DNA of 64,000 nucleotides, from the IMG/VR virus record IMGVR_UViG_3300009873_000028. One strand, written 5' to 3'. Positions within the stretch are counted from its first letter, which is position 1, and each line of letters opens with the position of its first letter. The translations under genes were made by a program, and so were the position numbers. The notes under the pieces were generated by a model. The model was not told the DNA's origin and did no database searches. It was given only the letters and a program-made list of their open reading frames with translations. Source of the DNA: an uncultured virus (IMG/VR IMGVR_UViG_3300009873_000028). Lineage: Duplodnaviria > Heunggongvirae > Uroviricota > Caudoviricetes. This document shows positions 61,091 through 64,000 of this stretch, one piece after another.

Positions 61091-63154
61091 TTACTTGCTT
61101 TCCGAGATCACTGGTCGGGTGCCGCCATCCCGAGTTTCGAAATGCGGGGCTACTGCGCCGCTAGGCGGGCGGCCCCCCTGGCTTTTTGGGCCAGGCGGTC
61201 CCCCAGGCGGAGGAGCACCCGGAGGTCCCCCTGCGGGGCCTCCAGGTCCGGGTGGTGCGGCCGGCTGGGGTGGTGCGGCCATCATAGCCTGCATCTGCTG
61301 GATCTGCTGCTGGAGCTGGAGCATCTGAGCCTGGAGCTGCATAGCTACCGCTTCCGGCGGCATACCCTGCATGAGGCCCTGGCGCTTTGCTATGGCGATG
61401 CGCTCAGGCACAGTCTCAGCTGGCATAGGCCCGGCGTCGGGGACGTCAAACTGATCCCATATAGTCCAAGGGTCCAGCATCTGCGCACGGAAGAGCTGGA
61501 GGTTGAACATCTTCTGGGTGGTGTGGGAAACGTTCAACCAGCTGTTCGGCGCCACCTGGAAGCTGAAGAGCTTGTGGTGCTCTAGGGTGCGCTCCATCTT
61601 GTTCCGCGGGTCGTCCTGCCCAGCGGGAAGCATGTTCCCTGGGTCGTAGTTGAAGTCCTCACGGGTCAGGCCATCTTTTCCGAGAAGCTCAATCCTCCGG
61701 GAGGTGTTGTACCACTGGAAGAAGCCCACCTTCAGCATCTCGGCTAGCTCCCCGAGGCTTAGCTCCATACTCCGGCTTCTGAGCCGCAGTATGGGTGAAA
61801 GGGCTTCCATGTACCTTTCCATGGTGTCAGCGGAAGGCATCTGGCCCATTTGAGCCAGCTGGGTCACCCCGCGCACGCCCCCGGTGTCCTCCATCTCCCC
61901 CTTGAGGAAGTCGATGTGCTCGGCGAAGATTTTGAAGACCGTAGGGTTAGGCCCGTCGATGACCTTGAAGGGCTCGCCTGCTGCGGGGTTGTAGTTGATC
62001 TTGTAGCCTGCGGCGCGGGCGTCCAGCGCGTCAAGGGCGCTCTTCGGCATAGCGCGCTTGTCCGCGGCGATGCTGCGACGGACCCACTGAGCCAGGCCGT
62101 CGTCAGCACCCCGGAGGGCTTCATTGAGGGAGTCCTGCAGAGGGATCAGGTCCCCGATGATGCTGCTGCCCAGGATGCTCCAAGGTAGAGGGTCCAGGGT
62201 GAAGCGCACTACTGGGAACTGCCCGTGCCAGTGCGGGTTGGGGATGTCCTTGAGGATGCATTCTGGTGTGAAGATAACCAAGCGGCCGCGGGGATAGAGT
62301 CTAGCCATCTCCTTGGTCACCAGCCGTCCCTGGTCGTCAGTGGCTCCCATGGGATACACTGTGTAGGCCCAGTCACCCTCTCCAAGAGTTACGGGTTGCT
62401 CTGTCAGGTTGAGGCTGTCGTCCTTGAGATAGGCGCGCATGACGTCGATGCCGGGAGGGTTCTGGAGGTTGCTCCGGCCTTCTAGTGCCTCCCACTGCGG
62501 AGAGATGATCCCAGAGTAGCTCTTGTTCTCCATCGTGATGGGACCCCAGGAAGCTTCCTTCCCGAGGAGTCTCGGAGCCTTCCCCGGGAACATCCGCTTG
62601 ATGGTCTCAAGGGGTAGCTTCTGCCGGAGGATCACTCCCCTCCAGTCCTGGATGGAGTCAGAGAAAACCGGGTCCACTGGGATGACATCCCGGGGGTCGA
62701 AGGGGATCAGCTCAAGGTCACCCTTGCCGCCCCCTAGCTGGGCATTGTAGGTAAGCAGGCCGTAGCCACTTCCCCCTACCGCTGCGTAGAGGAGGATGCT
62801 CACCAAGCGCCGATCTGCTTTGGTGTTGCGCCACCACGCCCTGGCCAGCTTGTTCAGCACGTCCCCTTGCTTCTTGTACTCCTCCGCCATGGTCTCGTAG
62901 TTCCAGATCGGCCGGACGTCCGTCATGGTGGCAGCAATCTCCAGGGCCAGCTTCCTCAGGCGGTTGTCGCTAACCCTGCTGAGGGCCTTGCTGCGATTTC
63001 CCCCTTGCTTCCCGTCGATGTAGTCGATGGCGGTGGGGATCTGGTCCCAGGCGCGCTCTTTGCGCAGCTGGACCACCCCTTCCCCGTACTTCACCCTCAG
63101 CCAGGCTAGAAGCGTCTTTTCTCTCTCGTCTACGGCGAAGGTTACTTCTTCCAT
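61091..63154 (-). CDS. Portal protein
   Basis: 687 aa; FDPRDV..DP, HGQFPVV, GSSIIGDLIPLQ..N; Q/P-rich tail; first large gene of the virion operon. Confidence 0.8.
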   Translation of the reverse strand: MEEVTFAVDEREKTLLAWLRVKYGEGVVQLRKERAWDQIPTAIDYIDGKQGGNRSKALSRVSDNRLRKLALEIAATMTDVRPIWNYETMAEEYKKQGDVLNKLARAWWRNTKADRRLVSILLYAAVGGSGYGLLTYNAQLGGGKGDLELIPFDPRDVIPVDPVFSDSIQDWRGVILRQKLPLETIKRMFPGKAPRLLGKEASWGPITMENKSYSGIISPQWEALEGRSNLQNPPGIDVMRAYLKDDSLNLTEQPVTLGEGDWAYTVYPMGATDDQGRLVTKEMARLYPRGRLVIFTPECILKDIPNPHWHGQFPVVRFTLDPLPWSILGSSIIGDLIPLQDSLNEALRGADDGLAQWVRRSIAADKRAMPKSALDALDARAAGYKINYNPAAGEPFKVIDGPNPTVFKIFAEHIDFLKGEMEDTGGVRGVTQLAQMGQMPSADTMERYMEALSPILRLRSRSMELSLGELAEMLKVGFFQWYNTSRRIELLGKDGLTREDFNYDPGNMLPAGQDDPRNKMERTLEHHKLFSFQVAPNSWLNVSHTTQKMFNLQLFRAQMLDPWTIWDQFDVPDAGPMPAETVPERIAIAKRQGLMQGMPPEAVAMQLQAQMLQLQQQIQQMQAMMAAPPQPAAPPGPGGPAGGPPGAPPPGGPPGPKSQGGRPPSGAVAPHFETRDGGTRPVISESK

Positions 63155-63580
63155 TTAGCCTCGCTTAGAACCAGCCAACTTTGGTCTGCCAACCGATAGC
63201 TGCCCACGCATCTTCGTTTCTATCGCATGGCAGTTTGCACAGAGCAGTCTACACCAGTGTAGCTCATCTAGCAACTTAGTTACGCTCTTCATGCCAAAGT
63301 AGGTAGGTAGATTAGCCTTCTTGTTGGCCACATGGTCAAACTGCAAGGCACGCTCATCCGTAAAGCCACACGATTCACACTTGCCACCCAGTTGGCGCAG
63401 AGCAAACATGCGATTCGCCAAATAACGCTGCTTCCGTTCTCCAGCCCTGCTACGCATAAACTGGCGATTGCTTGTGTTCTTCTTCTGTCTTTCAACAGGA
63501 TCAGCTAGAATTTGCTTTCTCCGTGGATAGTAGACAGTTTTCCAGGTATCTTTGTTTTCCTGGTAGTAGCTAGATGACAT
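63155..63580 (-). CDS. HNH-like endonuclease
   Basis: LGGKCESCG..ALQFDHV..LLCANCH; lower GC than flanks. Confidence 0.85.
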   Translation of the reverse strand: MSSSYYQENKDTWKTVYYPRRKQILADPVERQKKNTSNRQFMRSRAGERKQRYLANRMFALRQLGGKCESCGFTDERALQFDHVANKKANLPTYFGMKSVTKLLDELHWCRLLCANCHAIETKMRGQLSVGRPKLAGSKRG

Positions 63581-63932
63581 TGCCAGCCCACAGTAGAAAG
63601 GCAGTTAACGCAAACCAGCATCCTGGCAACCCCATCCCGCTGCCTTCCCGGTACTCCTGCCGCTTAGTGCGTCCATTGTAGCCTTCATAGGTCTTCTCTG
63701 TAAAGGCCACGTCGTCGCGGAGGACTACCCCATACTCCTTCTGGAGCCGGCGGTCGTGAGCGGCGTCAGTCACCAGGATGGGTTTTCCGTTGAAATGTGT
63801 GACCACCTTCGGGTAGCTCTTGGTGTCTCCGTGGGTCTGGCGGAAGGCACCGTGCTGCTCCGGGGAGCCCTTGCAGAATGGGTACATGCCCACTTCCAGC
63901 TCTCTCCCACACTTCTCGCACTTGTTGTCCAT
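63570..63932 (-). CDS. Hypothetical protein with N-terminal CxxC..PFC
   Basis: AGGAG RBS. Confidence 0.65.
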   Translation of the reverse strand: MDNKCEKCGRELEVGMYPFCKGSPEQHGAFRQTHGDTKSYPKVVTHFNGKPILVTDAAHDRRLQKEYGVVLRDDVAFTEKTYEGYNGRTKRQEYREGSGMGLPGCWFALTAFLLWAGNVI

Positions 63933-64000
63933 CTTAGACTCCTGTGATCTTGATTAGGATGTTGGTCAGCGTAGGATACTGACTCACCAAGTACAGCATG

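Overview
This window is most of the genome of a tailed dsDNA bacteriophage, probably a podovirus: no tape measure or sheath is visible, but a portal, capsid, adaptor/nozzle-like and ejection-like genes are. The + strand (1-38.8 kb) carries small early genes; a lipoprotein gene bracketed by two type II hammerhead ribozymes; a phiEco32-like peptide-ligase cluster (COOH-NH2 ligase, GGCT, amidoligase, class II GATase, ATP-grasp); an HNH-interrupted phosphoesterase; a probable origin beside an inverted AAA helicase; and ParB-like and Cas4-like genes. Next comes a 33-tRNA array covering all 20 amino acids, interleaved with about nine structured non-tRNA elements and a YkuK-like RNase H gene. After it lie recombination, lysis and glycosyltransferase genes and a split UDG-exonuclease / PolA polymerase. 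The - strand (38.9-64 kb) is the virion operon; no terminase is in the window. All calls come from reading motifs and base-pairing by eye; no database search was run. The strongest candidates for undescribed biology are the tRNA-array-embedded small RNAs, the double-hammerhead-flanked mRNA, and the HNH insertion with a duplicated N-terminus and an ACG-UG-ACG stop-hop configuration.
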